Below are positions 13,205 to 26,535 of a DNA stretch of 64,000 nucleotides, in pieces. The DNA is from Phoronis australis (taxonomy: Eukaryota > Animalia > Phoronida), in assembly GCA_002633005.1 (NCBI GenBank), contig NMRA01000230.1, positions 323,271 through 387,270 of the forward strand, written 5' to 3'. The translations under genes were made by a program, and so were the position numbers. The notes under the pieces are model-generated. The model did no database searches and was not told the origin of the DNA. It saw only the letters and a program-made list of their open reading frames with translations. Within the stretch, counting starts at the first letter, position 1, and every line of letters starts with the position of its first letter.

Positions 13205-13540
13205 ACGTCAACCCACAGTTAGTCCCAGTAAACACCCCCCACATACAGCACCATGGTAAGATGGCGATCTAGTACAGGCAATAATGTACACCCCACAAAT
13301 AGTCCCAGTAAACACCCTCACTTAAGACTCCACTCACCCTAGCCTGTCTGCCTTCATTAAGCACCAGGATAACATGGTGATCTAGTACAGGCAATAATGT
13401 ATACCCCACAAATAGTCCCACTAAACACCCTAACACAAGACCTCGCCCACCCTAGCCTGGTTGGTACTCACGTAGCACCATGATAACATGGTGATCCAGC
13501 ACAGTCATCAATGTTCACTTCACAGTTGACTCCAGTAAAG
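13205..13540 (-). repeat. Degenerate ~115-bp tandem repeat derived from the crumbs exon 8 3' end and donor region
   Basis: agcacca(t/g)gataacatggtgatc...cac...ccagtaaa recurs at ~13247, ~13360 and ~13474 (the real exon). Confidence 0.75.
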
Positions 13541-13649
13541 CCTGGTTCGCACTGACAACTGTAAGCATTCTCCAAGTTGTTGCATGTACCGTTCACACAC
13601 GGATTGCTACTACATTCATTGATGTCAACACAGTCACCCGTGGAATTTT
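13472..13649 (-). CDS. crb: Crumbs exon 8 (EGF7-8)
   Basis: cag/gtgagt, 178 nt, phase 1/2; [15 protein letters not shown]...[15 protein letters not shown]. Absent from the ORF track. Confidence 0.92.
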
Positions 13650-14788
13650 CTGTGAATGAAACAACTGAGCAATTTCACCCGATTTAAATAGTAACATTGC
13701 TGTAAATTAACATGGTGGTTTTCAAAATACAATGCAGAATGTCTATACATTTCAACAAGCCATACGCTTAACATCCAAAACAGCAATTAAACATCACCCG
13801 CACGACAAGAATCTGTTTCAATCCTGGCTTGATTATGCCAAAAATCTTGTAACACTTTTGCAGCAGGCCGTTTGCTGGGATTCTGCTGAAATGCCCACTA
13901 TGACTGAAATTAGCCACTGGGTCGACTAAAAGATTTAACAACTAGGCACATTTACTTCAGGCTTAAGATTAATGACAGTGCAATAGTATCTCGTTTCATT
14001 TTTTGGCTAAAGAAAGGAAAATTTGGCAAGGATTTATGTGCTCTAACCCACTTAAAGTATGTAAATACAAACATTGCTATACTTGGGTAGCACCTTTTTC
14101 CGTAAATACGAGAAAATTTAAAAAAAATTGAGGGTAAATGTCAAACCCAACAAAATGCGAATGTTTCGAGCAGCAACAGTTAAAATGCTAACAGATTAGC
14201 TGAGAAAAAAACCTTTCCCCAGGATAGTTTTAAAGATCAAACACCTGTGGCGTGTTCCAAGTTCAACTTTTCACAGCGTTTCGCACCGAGAGTAAACTCC
14301 ATGTTGAATTCTCAATATCATTGAAAATAAACACGATCTTTTCACGTGGAATAACTAGCTTAAGTCCCTATTTATTTTCATTGAAATAACGTCTCAGTGC
14401 TTGGATATATCATTAGAAAGTGTCGTTGGTCAAAGAGGATGTCGTAATAAAGACAAAAAGAAAGAGAAATATAACATTTGCGAGTAAACAGACAAATACG
14501 CAGAAGATTTATGAAACTTTGTCTGGTCCCTATATGTGATTTTTTCATGCAACCAGGCACTTGAATTTCCCATTAGCAAAGAACAAGTTTTAGAAAATAT
14601 ACTGTCTCATAACTGGTAGTTACTAACTTAATTAATTTTACACATTCTGCGCTATAATGCGTTAACAATGAGCTTAAGTCCAAATTTCTGACTTAAGCTC
14701 TAAGTCACTTTTCATGAAACTATTTTGAGAATTTTCCAAATTCTGCTAGTTTACCACGGAACTAAACTATTCCACGTTGATGTCTTAC

Positions 14789-14996
14789 CTTTGAACCCTG
14801 GCTTACAGTCACAGCGGTATGAACCAATCAGATCCTTGCAATCTTTGGGGGCAGGGCATGGGTTTGACAGACACTCGTCAATGTCCACCTCACAGTTGAC
14901 CCCTGAGTAGCCCAGGTCACAGTCACACCGATAGGCCATGCCAATGTCTGTGCAGTTACCATTGCGACAAGGATTGGACACGCACTCGTTCACCTC
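14789..14996 (-). CDS. crb: Crumbs exon 7 (EGF5-6)
   Basis: cag/gtaaga, 208 nt, phase 0/1; EVNECVSNPC...DIDECLSNPC. Confidence 0.92.
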
Positions 14997-15499
14997 CTGG
15001 ACAAAAGGTATTTCACATAACCTATACTTGCCATTACTGGTGCAGGGCTCAAAGCCCGTGTATGAGGGGCCGTGCTAAAACCTCAACTTCTTGTTAGAAA
15101 TTATGCTACAGAACAGGGGGCGGAGCTCCACTAGTTCTGTATGGCCAATGGGCCACGTGCGTAGTGAACTTTGCATCTATTAACAACAAGACTACAAAAC
15201 TGTTAAAGGAAGGCACTAGTTAAATTCATATTCAGTAACCATGCTATGCAATTGTTGCATGAAATAAAATGAAATGAACAATAGCAAACAAGACCACACA
15301 AACGCTTTCAAATTTCAGCTCCTAAGAAAGATCAGGTCATCTATAATAGACAGGCACTAACATCGGCCGAATACTGAAATTTTTGCACTGCAAAACAGGT
15401 CAGACTTATAGGTTAGCAGTTTCCTTGCAGCACAACAGAAGAAGTTAAAAGAAATGCTAAACTATTTCTGATGTTTTGACCCCACCCCTTCTGTCTTAC

Positions 15500-15639
15500 C
15501 CGTTCACAGTAGGGCTGGTCATATCCTGGAAGACAGCTGCATGTGAACGTGCCAAATGTGTCAAAGCACGTGCCATTGTTCTTACAAGGATTGCTGAGGC
15601 ATTCGTTAATATTCACTTCACAGGTGGGTCCCTCGTAAC
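15500..15639 (-). CDS. crb: Crumbs exon 6 (EGF4: NINECLSNPCKNNGTCFDTFGTFTCSC)
   Basis: tag/gtaaga, 140 nt, phase 1/0. Confidence 0.92.
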
Positions 15640-16364
15640 CTAGGTAACAACAATTATTAGTCATCGTCTGGTTGTAGTAGTAGAACACTTGATCTGACCA
15701 CTGAGCCATATTGTCTACTCATGTACACTAAATGTACAGCACTGGAACAGTAACGAGCATGAATATTTGTAATTTTACTGAAGGTAACATAAAAATGGTT
15801 GCTTTCTCCTTTAAATTCATAAACAAAGTTCTCACCTTAAAGTACCATTAAAGCCACGTTTTCTGTCAAAATACAGGATTTGATTTAGGCTACTTATTCT
15901 CATGAAATTGGTCTCAAATTGTTCCTCAGACAAGACAGATGTGATTTCTAACATCGTTATTTCTTCAGACCAACATCACGAAATCTCAGATTTCACAGCG
16001 ACCTGAGATCTCATGAGCTTTACTCGACGAAATACTGGAGTAGCATCAGTTCTTATACATTAAGGAACAAGACAAGACCCGTTTCACAATCTTCGTTAAG
16101 TGCGCTAAACCAGAACGTGTTTTACAGAAAGCCCAGATTCAATGCCGTTTTGAAAGCATGATATTTATTGAAAAACATTAGATCAGTCTGACAAAATCCA
16201 CAATACAAAAACAGAACCCTGACGTACTTTACTGAAGCAAATCCCAGAGTTTAATTCCCGTAAATTATGCGATCTGGACAGAAACTGGTAACATGGCGTC
16301 TGTGGGTTCAAAAACAAAAACTAGGACGAGATCCTAAATTAAGGTTCAAATCTGAGACACCTAC

Positions 16365-16481
16365 CTGTGCCATTACAGTTACAGGTGAAGACCCCTGCCC
16401 CCTGGGAACACGCTCCATTGTTCTTGCAGGGGTTGGACGCACACTCATTTATGTCTTTCTCGCACTGTTCACCCGTGAAAC
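16365..16481 (-). CDS. crb: Crumbs exon 5 (Ca-binding EGF3: [30 protein letters not shown])
   Basis: cag/gtaggt, 117 nt, phase 1/1. CNCNGTGY recalls the Crumbs C.C.GTGY motif. Confidence 0.92.
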
Positions 16482-16740
16482 CTGCCAACGAAAAGCAAAA
16501 CATTCACTGGTGATGGTTACATTATCTTTATACACCATTCTCACTCAATATTTCAACAGTTTTCCAGCTTACATTTGTTTTCTGTTTCTTACTTTACCAA
16601 CATCAAGCAGACACACCGAGCAAAAGTTCAACAATTTCAGCAAAAAGTGACGGGTAAAACTATAGCATGGGGCACACATAAAATGTCGGAGCTCAGTCTT
16701 CAGTCACACTATAGCCCACCTCAGAATCAACCCCACTCAC

Positions 16741-16842
16741 CGGTGGCACACTGACACTCGTAGGTTCTTCCTGTGGCATCGGCAGTCTTATTGACACAGG
16801 TCGCATTATTGAAGCATGGTGAGATAGCGCAACCCTGATCCC
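16741..16842 (-). CDS. crb: Crumbs exon 4 (EGF2: CAISPCFNNATCVNKTADATGRTYECQCAT)
   Basis: cag/gtgagt, 102 nt, phase 1/1. Confidence 0.92.
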
Positions 16843-17117
16843 CTGATAGAGTGAACAAAGTCATGTATGAACACTGCACAGTACAGTAAATACACAGAGT
16901 GAGGGGTTGGCATGCGGGAGTTTGGTGGTCACAAAAATACAACGCAACCATCAAGTACAATGCAGTACACACGAGACAAATTTATAACACAAACGTGTAA
17001 TTCAAACCCACAGCTACGAAAAAACAGCAGCCACGTAGCGATGATTTCAGAATAACTTGAGCATCAACGAAGAACGCATTTTGGAAGCTCTGCTTCCCTT
17101 TACGTCTCAACATGAAA

Positions 17118-17297
17118 ACACCAGATCCATGCAACACCAGATCCGTGCAACACCAGATCCATGCAACACCAGATCCGTGCAACACCAGATCCGTGCAACA
17201 CCAGATCTGTGCAACACCAGATCCGTGCAATACCAGATCCGTGCAACACCAGATCCGTGCAACACCAGATCCGTGCAACACCAGATCCGTTCAACAC
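17118..17297. repeat. 16-bp minisatellite (caccagatccgtgcaa), about 11 copies
   Basis: Directly visible. Confidence 0.95.
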
Positions 17298-17929
17298 TAG
17301 ATTACAACATGAGGAAAACAAGATACAAACACGACAGACATAATGGTACACAAGGGAAAAACAGTACAAGAAGGATGCTCATTCAAAAGTTAACCAACAG
17401 TGAAAACTGAAAAGACATATTTTTTATGCCCTCACACATTTATTCACTATTTATATGTATCATAGCCATTAACCAACTATGCATTACCTTGTCTTACTAC
17501 GGCTATCCTTCTAGAAATTAAGTTTTCCATTTCAAACACATTATGACTAATAACTAGACAGTGTAGACTAGATGAAAACAGCCATGCATTGAGACATCAT
17601 CTTTCAACAGTTAGATCAGGCAAGCAAAGCGAACTACGGGACAGGAAACCATGCAGTAACACTGTCATGGGTGATTAGTGGAAGGCCCACAATAGAAGAC
17701 ACGCACAAATACACACGAGAAATGGATTAATAGGAACGACAGAGGAAAACCAACTGATTAATGCTATCAAAGTGGTTTGTAAAGTCTAACAATACACAGC
17801 TCCATGAAAACAGATTCAAGGTAATGAAAACCATGTCCGCGCGAAGTTTAAGACAATATACGTTCTATACAAGAATAGTTTTTAGTAACTACGATGAAAC
17901 AACAGTGGGATTTCCACTGTCAGGGTTAC

Positions 17930-18055
17930 CTATGAAATCCTCACAGTTGTTTCCGCTATAATCAACGTCACACTGACAAGTGTATCCACTGGCACGCTCC
18001 AGACAGGTGCCTTTGTTCTGACACGGGTGACTGTAACAGCTAGGGGTGGCGCTAC
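17930..18055 (-). CDS. crb: Crumbs exon 3 (EGF1: CYSHPCQNKGTCLERASGYTCQCDVDYSGNNC)
   Basis: cag/gtaacc boundaries, 126 nt, phase 1/1, six-Cys EGF pattern. Confidence 0.92.
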   Translation of the reverse strand, partial: VAPPLAVTVTRVRTKAPVWSVPVDTLVSVTLIIAETTVRIS

Positions 18056-19459
18056 CTGGAACACGAGATCACCACTAGTGCAGGGGAGACAATTCATGCA
18101 ATTACAACAACCATTGGTTGACCTGCCGTGTGCCGCTCCGTTACGGTGGTGTAAACGGAAAGTTGGTGGGCGTGTGCAACGAGTCTTAAGCATTTATCAT
18201 AAAAGGAGGATGAGAATTTGTTGGAGATAGTCACTCTGCGTTATACCATCACCAAAGGGTCTAAAAGTTAGGCACGGCAGTTTTATCATGTTAACTTCCT
18301 TTTACTGGAGCTCTAGTGTAGCGTTAGTGTTGTTGTGCATAAGGCTTAGCATGACTTCACCTGTAGGGGCTCTGAAGCATAAAATAAGCAAACTTGGGCT
18401 TTTGCATACAACCACCCAAACAAGAAGAACCGCAACCATGTATCAAAATCTTACTTTAAAGGCATGAAAAATAGAAGACTAAAGGTTAAATAGCTGTTAA
18501 AATTAACTTTTTCTAAACAAACACTCTGACACGCCTTTGCTGTTTTCAGTTACATTTTCTCAAACAAGTGGTTGACCTCTCAGCATTCTGAATGGCCAAC
18601 TCGCTAAAATGTTAATGAACGCAATCAGACTAGAGCCTGGCTTTTATTAGAATCTGGTGTTTTAAGAAAAAAGTTTTACCTCATACCCTTTTCATTTTGG
18701 CTTCAAGCCAAAAATTTTTCTGAATTAATACGCAATCTATTTTCTTAATTCCACACGAACCCCGGAGCAACTTGGTGATTTGAAAAAGTCACACCTTGTG
18801 AAGGCAACAAGATTAACCCTTCATACATCAATGAATATGAATTGTACTTTCTTGGTACTAGTACCAAACATTTAAGGACGCCGAGTGGTTTAAAATGAGA
18901 ATCGGAAATGGAATGATGCTGTGCCTGTACGGAGAGGGGAGGCAACACGAAAGTGAAGCTAAAATGTGGAATTCAACTAAAGCTAGTGTGCATATCTAGA
19001 GACATTAATGTGATCGGTGGCATTTAAGAACTATAGTAAAGATGGGACTACTTGTGCAGTGGGGCTAAGCAACTGAAGGCATGTGAACAAGCGAAGAAAC
19101 TCAACTGCCATGTGCTGAATGTGTTGAAAAATTGACGTTATCTGCTGGCACGACGTCTACATGATTGGGCAATATGCACACAGTCACAGAAAACACCAAA
19201 ATACAGGATTTATAAGACACTTTTGATTAATCCTTTGAGTGTTCTGCCCAAGGCTTACAACACAATAAATGTCATGTCCTAGAACAGATGAAAGATTGTG
19301 CTGATGTTACTACGTAGATTGTAAAGTAATTATAACAGTAATTAATGCCCTTTAAAAAGGTAAAACAAAACCAATTATAATTATTACGAACTTGAGTGTC
19401 AACAGACTAAAGTTTATGCATGTTTATGAACAATATCTGTTAAGCCCTGACTACACACA

Positions 19460-19993
19460 CTTTCCCATTAGGGGAACTTCAGGTTAACAAAGCTTTGTTG
19501 AAGCTTCGCTAACCTTTCCGACTAGACAGCCATATCGAAGTTATCTCAAGATGGCGATTCAGTCATCGAGACACCAAACGACGCAGTCCATTTGTACTCT
19601 CAAATAAATATTGAGTAGTGGGTTCGAGGCTAACTGAAAATTGTTCTCCTGCCCATTTATGAGTGCTTTTGAATATGATCAGTGTCATTCTTCATGAGAT
19701 AGGCTTCTTTTTATTTATTTACCTCCATCTATTGAGAGCGCGTCGGCTACGCTACAATAACAAAGAACACGTTTTGCGAGTCTTGCGTGATCGTATATTG
19801 TTGAAGCGACCTCTACCGACAACTTTGATGCTTTAATCGTTCTTATTAAACCAAACTTTAGGTGAGTACCGAAGATTCTTTTTTAAATTTTGTTCTTTAA
19901 GCGAAGTTTCACTTGTAATTTAATTATGCGAGCTAACCTTTCCCCACTTACCAAAACTTTGGCAAAAGCGAACTTTAACCTCTAATGGGAAAG
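19460..19993. mobile_element. MITE-like element of ~535 bp
   Basis: Inverted termini ctttcccattag / ctaatgggaaag. Confidence 0.55.
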
Positions 19994-20392
19994 CACAGTT
20001 AGATGGTCCTATGACTCCTCACAGGTCGAACAAAATTTGGAAAAAAAGCAGATTTTCTCTATCTGAACGACAGTCATTTAGGAAGTTGTAGGTGAAACCT
20101 CATCAAATTGGGACAAAATATGGCCAAAAGGTGAAATTCTATTTTTTCACAAAAATAAGTAACACCAATTAAACACTGTGACATTATAAAGATATGTACT
20201 ATAGCTGCCCTTACATAATGATTTTGACAAAATGTGGACATTCACACCAATGTCAGAAGTATTTGAAAAATGAAAAAAGAATACTTTTGTTCCAAACTGG
20301 TGAGACTTTAGTTATTGGACTGTGCAGCCAGGGTTTATCCTACCAGTAGGTGCTGAGCTGTCCCAAAAGGTTACACCTTAGCTTAAGTATTC

Positions 20393-20971
20393 GCTGGTAC
20401 CCTACGTGCCTAGCCAGCACGTAGGTATCGTGCAGTGGCACGTGCATTAGCATTGGTTGATGTAACCTCAGCAGTCATTGGTTAGCTTTACAACACCATG
20501 GAAAAATGGCAGACTGTGAACGATTTTTAGCCTTGTCATACAAGTGGCGTCTCAGCAACTATTTCACTTTTGCAGTGATGTTTAATAGCCGCGTGCTTGA
20601 AGCACAAACATGTAAAATAAACACATATTATGGACGATTTAACCGGTGTGTTATTCATAGTGTATGAATACAGGACAATATCGTAAACAAAAGTCATTGA
20701 CAATAGAAAGATACACTCCGAAAAGGCGCAACCACAGTTTCTAGGATTCACATTTCCCGAACATAAATTTTAAGCACAGATTTGTCTGTACAACAGACCA
20801 CATTTACACTTCAGTCCTTCAGTCATGCCACTAGTTTCTTTGTGTAAAGCGCTGTCTGATGAGAATTGGACTCGCCAATCAGAAACGCCAGGTTACAAAA
20901 ATTTTGCCGAGGAAAATTAAGTGATACCTGCGTGCTGGCTCTGACCACCTAGAGGCACGCAGGGAACCAGC
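20393..20971. mobile_element. TIR element with hairpin-forming termini
   Basis: gctggtaccctacgtgcctagccagcacgtaggtatc at left; gatacctgcgtgctggct...aggcacgcagggaaccagc at right. Confidence 0.65.
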
Positions 20972-21303
20972 TGATGTTATGAACTATGTACAGTAAAAAT
21001 TCTGGAGTTTGGGATAGTTTTAAAAATCTGTAACAGCCTCTAAAATTTGGGACGCCCATATTCAAGCAAAAAATATTTCTTGATTATGAAGATTGGGATA
21101 TGTGCGACTTTTGTGTTCATCGTATTTCTAAAATTAGTACAGTGCTTTTTGTGTCAACAGAAACTGAAAATAGACTTGGCAGTTTGTTACATTGTTGAAA
21201 ATAGCCAACGATGCAATCACTGCATGAGTTCCCATCAACCGCATTTACACCTGAGACACTTGGTCACAGAGCACTTTAAAAGAAACAGCTGCGCTGGCGC
21301 GAG

Positions 21304-21307
<4 letters not shown>

Positions 21308-21350
<43 letters not shown>

Positions 21351-21390
21351 ACTTGTGTGTGTGTGTGTGTGTGTGTGCGTGTGTGCGTGC
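21308..21390. repeat. (GT)n microsatellite
   Basis: Directly visible. Confidence 0.97.
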
Positions 21391-22209
21391 TAGCGAGAGT
21401 GCGTGCATATGACAAGGAGCAAGTTGACACCACGGCAGTTATTTTTATCACTGGTTTGAGAGGTAGAGCAAAATGTACTCGATCAGTTGTTCTAGTTTCA
21501 ACTATAAACATAAACTGGGGCAAGGCAGAAGGATAGTCTCTGTAACGCTTTTGCAATAGCTTGCATATGGGTGACTTGCTAGGGCATTCCATGTGGTTTG
21601 GACTTTCACTATTGTTTATGCAAGTTTGCGCAGATGTTCACTATTGTTTACGCAAGTATGCGCAGACAGTCTTCATGTAAATTACTCATACTGATTCAGC
21701 TTGCGATCTAAAGTCGTGTAAATGTGACTAAAGTGGAGCAAGTTGTACCATGACAGCTTAACGCAACTTAAGTGGAGAAAGTCGCACCGTGACAATTTGC
21801 ACCATGACAACTATTCCCCGTACAAAAACAGTAACATCAAGATGAGTGACCGTAATTCTTGAATTTGGGAAAACCTATATCGACTATTTCTTAAGTACAA
21901 GGTTCGACCTTGAGCAATATGATTGACTTTTCACTGTCCTACATTGGAGAATTTTTACCGTAAGTGATGTCGGATTTTTGACTACAGCGTTGACGATGGC
22001 TCACGCTTAATCTCACCACCTGGTGATCACGACCAAACAACCACATTATACACAAAAATACTAAGAACTTAGGGTAGGATAAAACAGCACGGAGCTACAG
22101 GCTACACATTGATAAGCCTTTGCCTTTTAAAAATCACAAGGCTATGGTGTCAATTCCCTACTGGTGTTGTTAATTTTATTAAGAGACTCAGGGACAATGT
22201 GATGGGTTC

Positions 22210-22610
22210 TATAGTACAGTATGACTGTAGAGCATTATACAGTATAGTGTAACGTTGTACAGTAATTAAAGTATTGGACAAATTTCATAGTATAGTGCTA
22301 CACTGCACAATAATACACAGTACCCTACCACAATGTACAGTATTGCACAGTACAGCACTACAGTACTTCACTATACAATATTATATAACATTGCACTACA
22401 TTGTGCAATATTACACATTGTACACAATGTTAGGTAGTATAGAACTGTATGTTACAGTACTGTATGCCATAGTACATTTTTCAGTACTGTGTTGTACAGT
22501 CCATTTAGAAAATGTACACATAGGTCAACACAGTACAGTACAGTACAAAATTATGTAGTATTAAACTGTACAGTACTAGGCAGCACAGTACTACAGTGTA
22601 CTAGTAGTCC
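22210..22610. repeat. Degenerate pentamer microsatellite (CAGTA-like)
   Basis: Recurrent cagta/tacag/tgtac with 5-bp periodicity. Confidence 0.75.
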
Positions 22611-24319
22611 ACAGTTCAAACTGACAGACTTGAATTTTGAAGAGTTAATAGAAACAATGGCTTTCCTAGTACATGTTAGACTAAGTTGCTAGAAGGCTGG
22701 ACTCCTTTGTAGTGCACTGCACACCTTCACATTAACGACTAATAATGATTTGAACTGTTGCTGTATTTTGTATACGTGAATTTATTGGTCACTTCTTGCA
22801 GACCAGCAAATGTCTGAAAACAGCCAAAAAAGTTTGGAGGATTTCTGAAAATGGTTCACATTTTCCAGCATTTAAAATCAGCTAAAAACAGATTAAGTGA
22901 TGTGAGAAGAATAGTCAGTTAAGTTTACTCTGAAATCCTATCAGGTTTACCTCGACGGGATTTTATTGGCAGGTGATTTAAGGCTTAAATAGGAATTTCC
23001 GCACAACCACTTCATAAAAAAACTTAATTAGTCTCATTTCGAGATGGTAAAAAGCCTAGTTAATGAAATAATTGTATATATATATCATTTCGAAACTGGC
23101 ATAAACTATAACATTAAATTGGGAAGGTAAAACAAAATTTCTGACTTACGTTCTCAGTTCATGAAATGGCCTAACGTTCAATTATAATTTCAGTTGCAGA
23201 GAAAACAATCGACTAGACATGGCATAGATACATAAAACAGAGAAATAACAGAAAAACCTTCATTAGTAAAGAAGATTGACCTAAAGTTAGACTTCTTTAC
23301 TTATGAGGGGACAGAAGTGCCAACATTCAAGTAAATTTGTTATTTTACAGGTGCGCTTTGTGAGGAAAGAGATGTGAAATTTTGGTTTACAACAATACAC
23401 GGATTAACAGTTTCAAGACCATTTGCTAAATTAATGCAAATGTCCCAGAAAGATGATGTGGTAAGCTGAATTTCTGGTCAGAAAACTCTTCAAAGTCTAG
23501 TTAATGAATTACGTTTTAAGATCACTTTTTGTCTAAAATAAAAATATATAAGTTAAAATGCTCGTCATGTTTAATGAATTTGAGAGCACTCAATGGAAAG
23601 ATGTCAATTTACCTATGATTGCAGCGAGATGGACGTTCCAGTATAAGAATTTCCTTTGGAGTTTGGCAACACTAAATGCGCAAAGCCGCAACAAATTACA
23701 ACACAAAAAATCGACAACAGTAAAAGTAGTTCTTGACTTTCGGACTTTGTTCCTGGACCATCATTCAAGTCAAACGAGATACAGATAGACTTCGAGTGGT
23801 GGTACAGAAACTACATGTCCGAAAAGTTGAACCCTGAAGAAAGTTTTCCGCAAAAATTGCACAATTCATCGTTAGAAATATTGTCCAAACCTCCATGTTG
23901 GTGCAAATAGACCAAACAGTGAATTACGAACTTCCAAGAGTTGCCCAACTCCTGCTTTCAGAAAACGTAAATTTCAGAAAACCTCATTCTCATCTGGATA
24001 ATGGTCGGATATAACATGCCCAAATTTTGAGAACCAGTTTCTCCACTCAAAAAGGGGCATCAAACTGGTTCTCAAAATACGTCCGCGTCACATCTGACTG
24101 TTGCCCTCACCTGCGTATAGTTTGAGGAAACGAAAACAGGAGAAAAGAAAGCAAAAATGTACAAAAGTACTTCAAATGTGAAGAAAGCATCAACGCAAAT
24201 TTTAAAAAATGTCCTCCGAGTAACAAACGACTTTTGAAGTGCAGTACACTAGAATGAACACATTTTGATTAATTCAAATCTGTGTGAAAAAAATTAATAT
24301 CGTCGGGACAATAACATAC

Positions 24320-24895
24320 CTGCGCCACCAAGACAACTGCCGGAGCCAGACCCACTGCATCGAGACCAGTCAATGTTCACGTATCGTACTTCATCGTTGA
24401 AGAGTACCTGAGGTCCTTGAAGAATGCAGCCTGTGTAACCTTGTCCAACGTACAGATTACTACCTCCATTCAGTTGTATACTCTGAGTGTAAGTCCTATA
24501 GGTGGCGTTAGATATCAAGACTGAATACTGCAAGACACTACCTTGGTAGACGCGACCAGTTAGAGTACCTAGCCGATTATCTAATTGTACCCTAAACCAA
24601 GTGTCTGAAGCAAGCTTCTCTCCAAATGTGACGCTATCATTAACCCCATTCACTGACCAGGACACCTGGATAGATCCATTGTTCTGTGAAAGTAAAACTA
24701 CCCTGAGCGCGTCTCCGGCAGCACCAGTTTGTTGTAACAGTCCACCACTGTAACAGGTACGGATACTGAACTCTATTTTCCTGCCCGCAGACAGCGTTAG
24801 GTGAGTCCGTAGCTCAGCTAGGGAGCTTCCGTTGAAATACCCTTGGGACTGTGATGAATTGGCCACGTGTAGGAATAAGAGCACCATTAAAACAT
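24320..24895 (-). CDS. crb: Crumbs exon 2: signal-peptide core and N-terminal laminin-G-like domain
   Basis: tttcag acceptor, gtatgt donor, 576 nt, phase 1/1. Motifs GYFNGSS, IRTC.SGG, SNATY, VGQGYTGCILQGP and WSRC resemble the Drosophila Crumbs N-terminus as I recall it (AYFNGST, FRSCRGG, NSTY, LGNSFSGCLLDGP). Confidence 0.9.
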
Positions 24896-25558
24896 CTGAA
24901 AAAGAAAACAAATAGGTAACACACACTGGCATAGCCATGACGCACAAGGGAGCATGCTGCTCTGTTCGTTACAAAAACTCAGCACTCAGTCAACAATTTT
25001 GCATTTGGTATCCGTTCACTGAAAAATAAGTATTCTTAGCCATTTTTGTTATTTCTTTTTTAAAGGGTTTCTCCCCTATGTTGCCATTCCAGAATGATTT
25101 CAATTCAAATGCTGTAACCATAGCAAAACTCCTTGATGAATATCATCAAGACCACAAAAGCTACCTCCCCTCGATTCAGTCTCAAAATTTTGCTGGACAA
25201 GGCAAGCTAAGTCCACGGGGATAAAATCTAACTCCTTCATTCAGGCGTATTTTTCAACAATAAATCCCATGAATTTGAACATACCAGGGCACAACAGTTG
25301 TAATTGGTCGTCATGGCAAAAGCAAAGGAATCTGAGAAATGCTGAAACCCACAGCTTAATTTAATGTTTATCCTTCTCAGCTTCTAACACAATGAATGTT
25401 TCACAATACAAACTCAAACTCGGTCCCCTTCAACAAAGTAGCAGATCTCATTTGAAAGAGCTTCAGAGCTATAGCTGAAAAACACTAAATTTCGATAAAC
25501 ATCGATAACCCGAGCATAACATCTTCCATAAGCTGAAGTGGACTGCTGAATACCAATA

Positions 25559-25729
25559 GCAAGACTTGGGCTATCATAGATAGAACAAGACTTGAGCTAT
25601 CGTAGATATAACAAGACTTGGGCTATCACAGATAGAACAAGACTTGGGCTATCATAGATATAACAAGACTTGGGCTATCACAGATAGAACAAGACTTGGG
25701 CTATCATAGATAGAACAAGACTTGGGCTA
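25559..25729. repeat. 26-bp minisatellite (caagacttgggctatcatagatagaa), about 6.5 copies
   Basis: Directly visible. Confidence 0.95.
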
Positions 25730-26354
25730 CGTCCAAGAACATAAGCTGATCAAGGTAGAAAACACCATAAACCTCGTATGTTGTGGGTTCAACAATATCA
25801 CGCCAGTCATCAGAGATATCGCCCATACATTATAAGCTAGCTTTTAACTTGATAGCATCTTGTTGCCTTACTGAAACCCGACTGGCACTGTGTGTTCATT
25901 ACTAACAATGCTTGCCGTTAAACAGCCCAGAACTAGCTAACTGGGGGCAGACTAAGCGCGCGTTCAGTAGATGCGAGAACCTCGCGAAATTGCAAGATCA
26001 CGCAAGACTTCGCGAGATATTGTCGTACTCATACGTAAGTACGTGATCACACAAGCTTCCTTCGCGAGATTCTTGCATCGACCAAACTCAAATCCGCACC
26101 AATGTTACTTTCTTCAGTTAAACTTTAAATCTAAAGGGCCACGAAGACAAAACTTTATTTTTTCGCTATTGTGATAATTTTTCCTAATTCCTTTACGTGT
26201 CCCTAGAGTTGTGTGGTTCTGTTTCACCGCCAGATGTCACTTTGGTCAGTGAACTTGGTGTAACTGGTGAACACACACATTGAAGTCGATCCAGTGTTGT
26301 ACTTTTTTATGAGTTAAGGGCCGTCCACACACAGACTCATCCTGAAACAGTTGT

Positions 26355-26535
26355 CGCTAGATTTGGGAGGCAGTCTGGAAGTTAAAAAACTAGCGCTAGA
26401 TTTGGGGGGGCAGTCTGGAAGTTAAAAAAGATTTGGGGGCAGTCTGGAAGTTAAAAAAGATTTGGGGGCAGTCTGGAAGTTAAGAAACTAGCGCTAGATT
26501 TGGGGGGCAGCCTGGAAGTTAAAAAACTAGCGCTC
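26355..26535. repeat. 29-39-bp tandem repeat (gctagatttgggggcagtctggaagttaaaaaa), about 5 copies
   Basis: Directly visible. Confidence 0.9.

Noticed and set aside
4717-24895. Notch, fibropellin or eyes-shut as identity of the EGF gene
   Set aside because: The N-terminal LamG-like domain and specific EGF motifs fit Crumbs; there is no CUB domain and the protein does not begin with EGF repeats. The diagnostic cytoplasmic tail lies outside the window.
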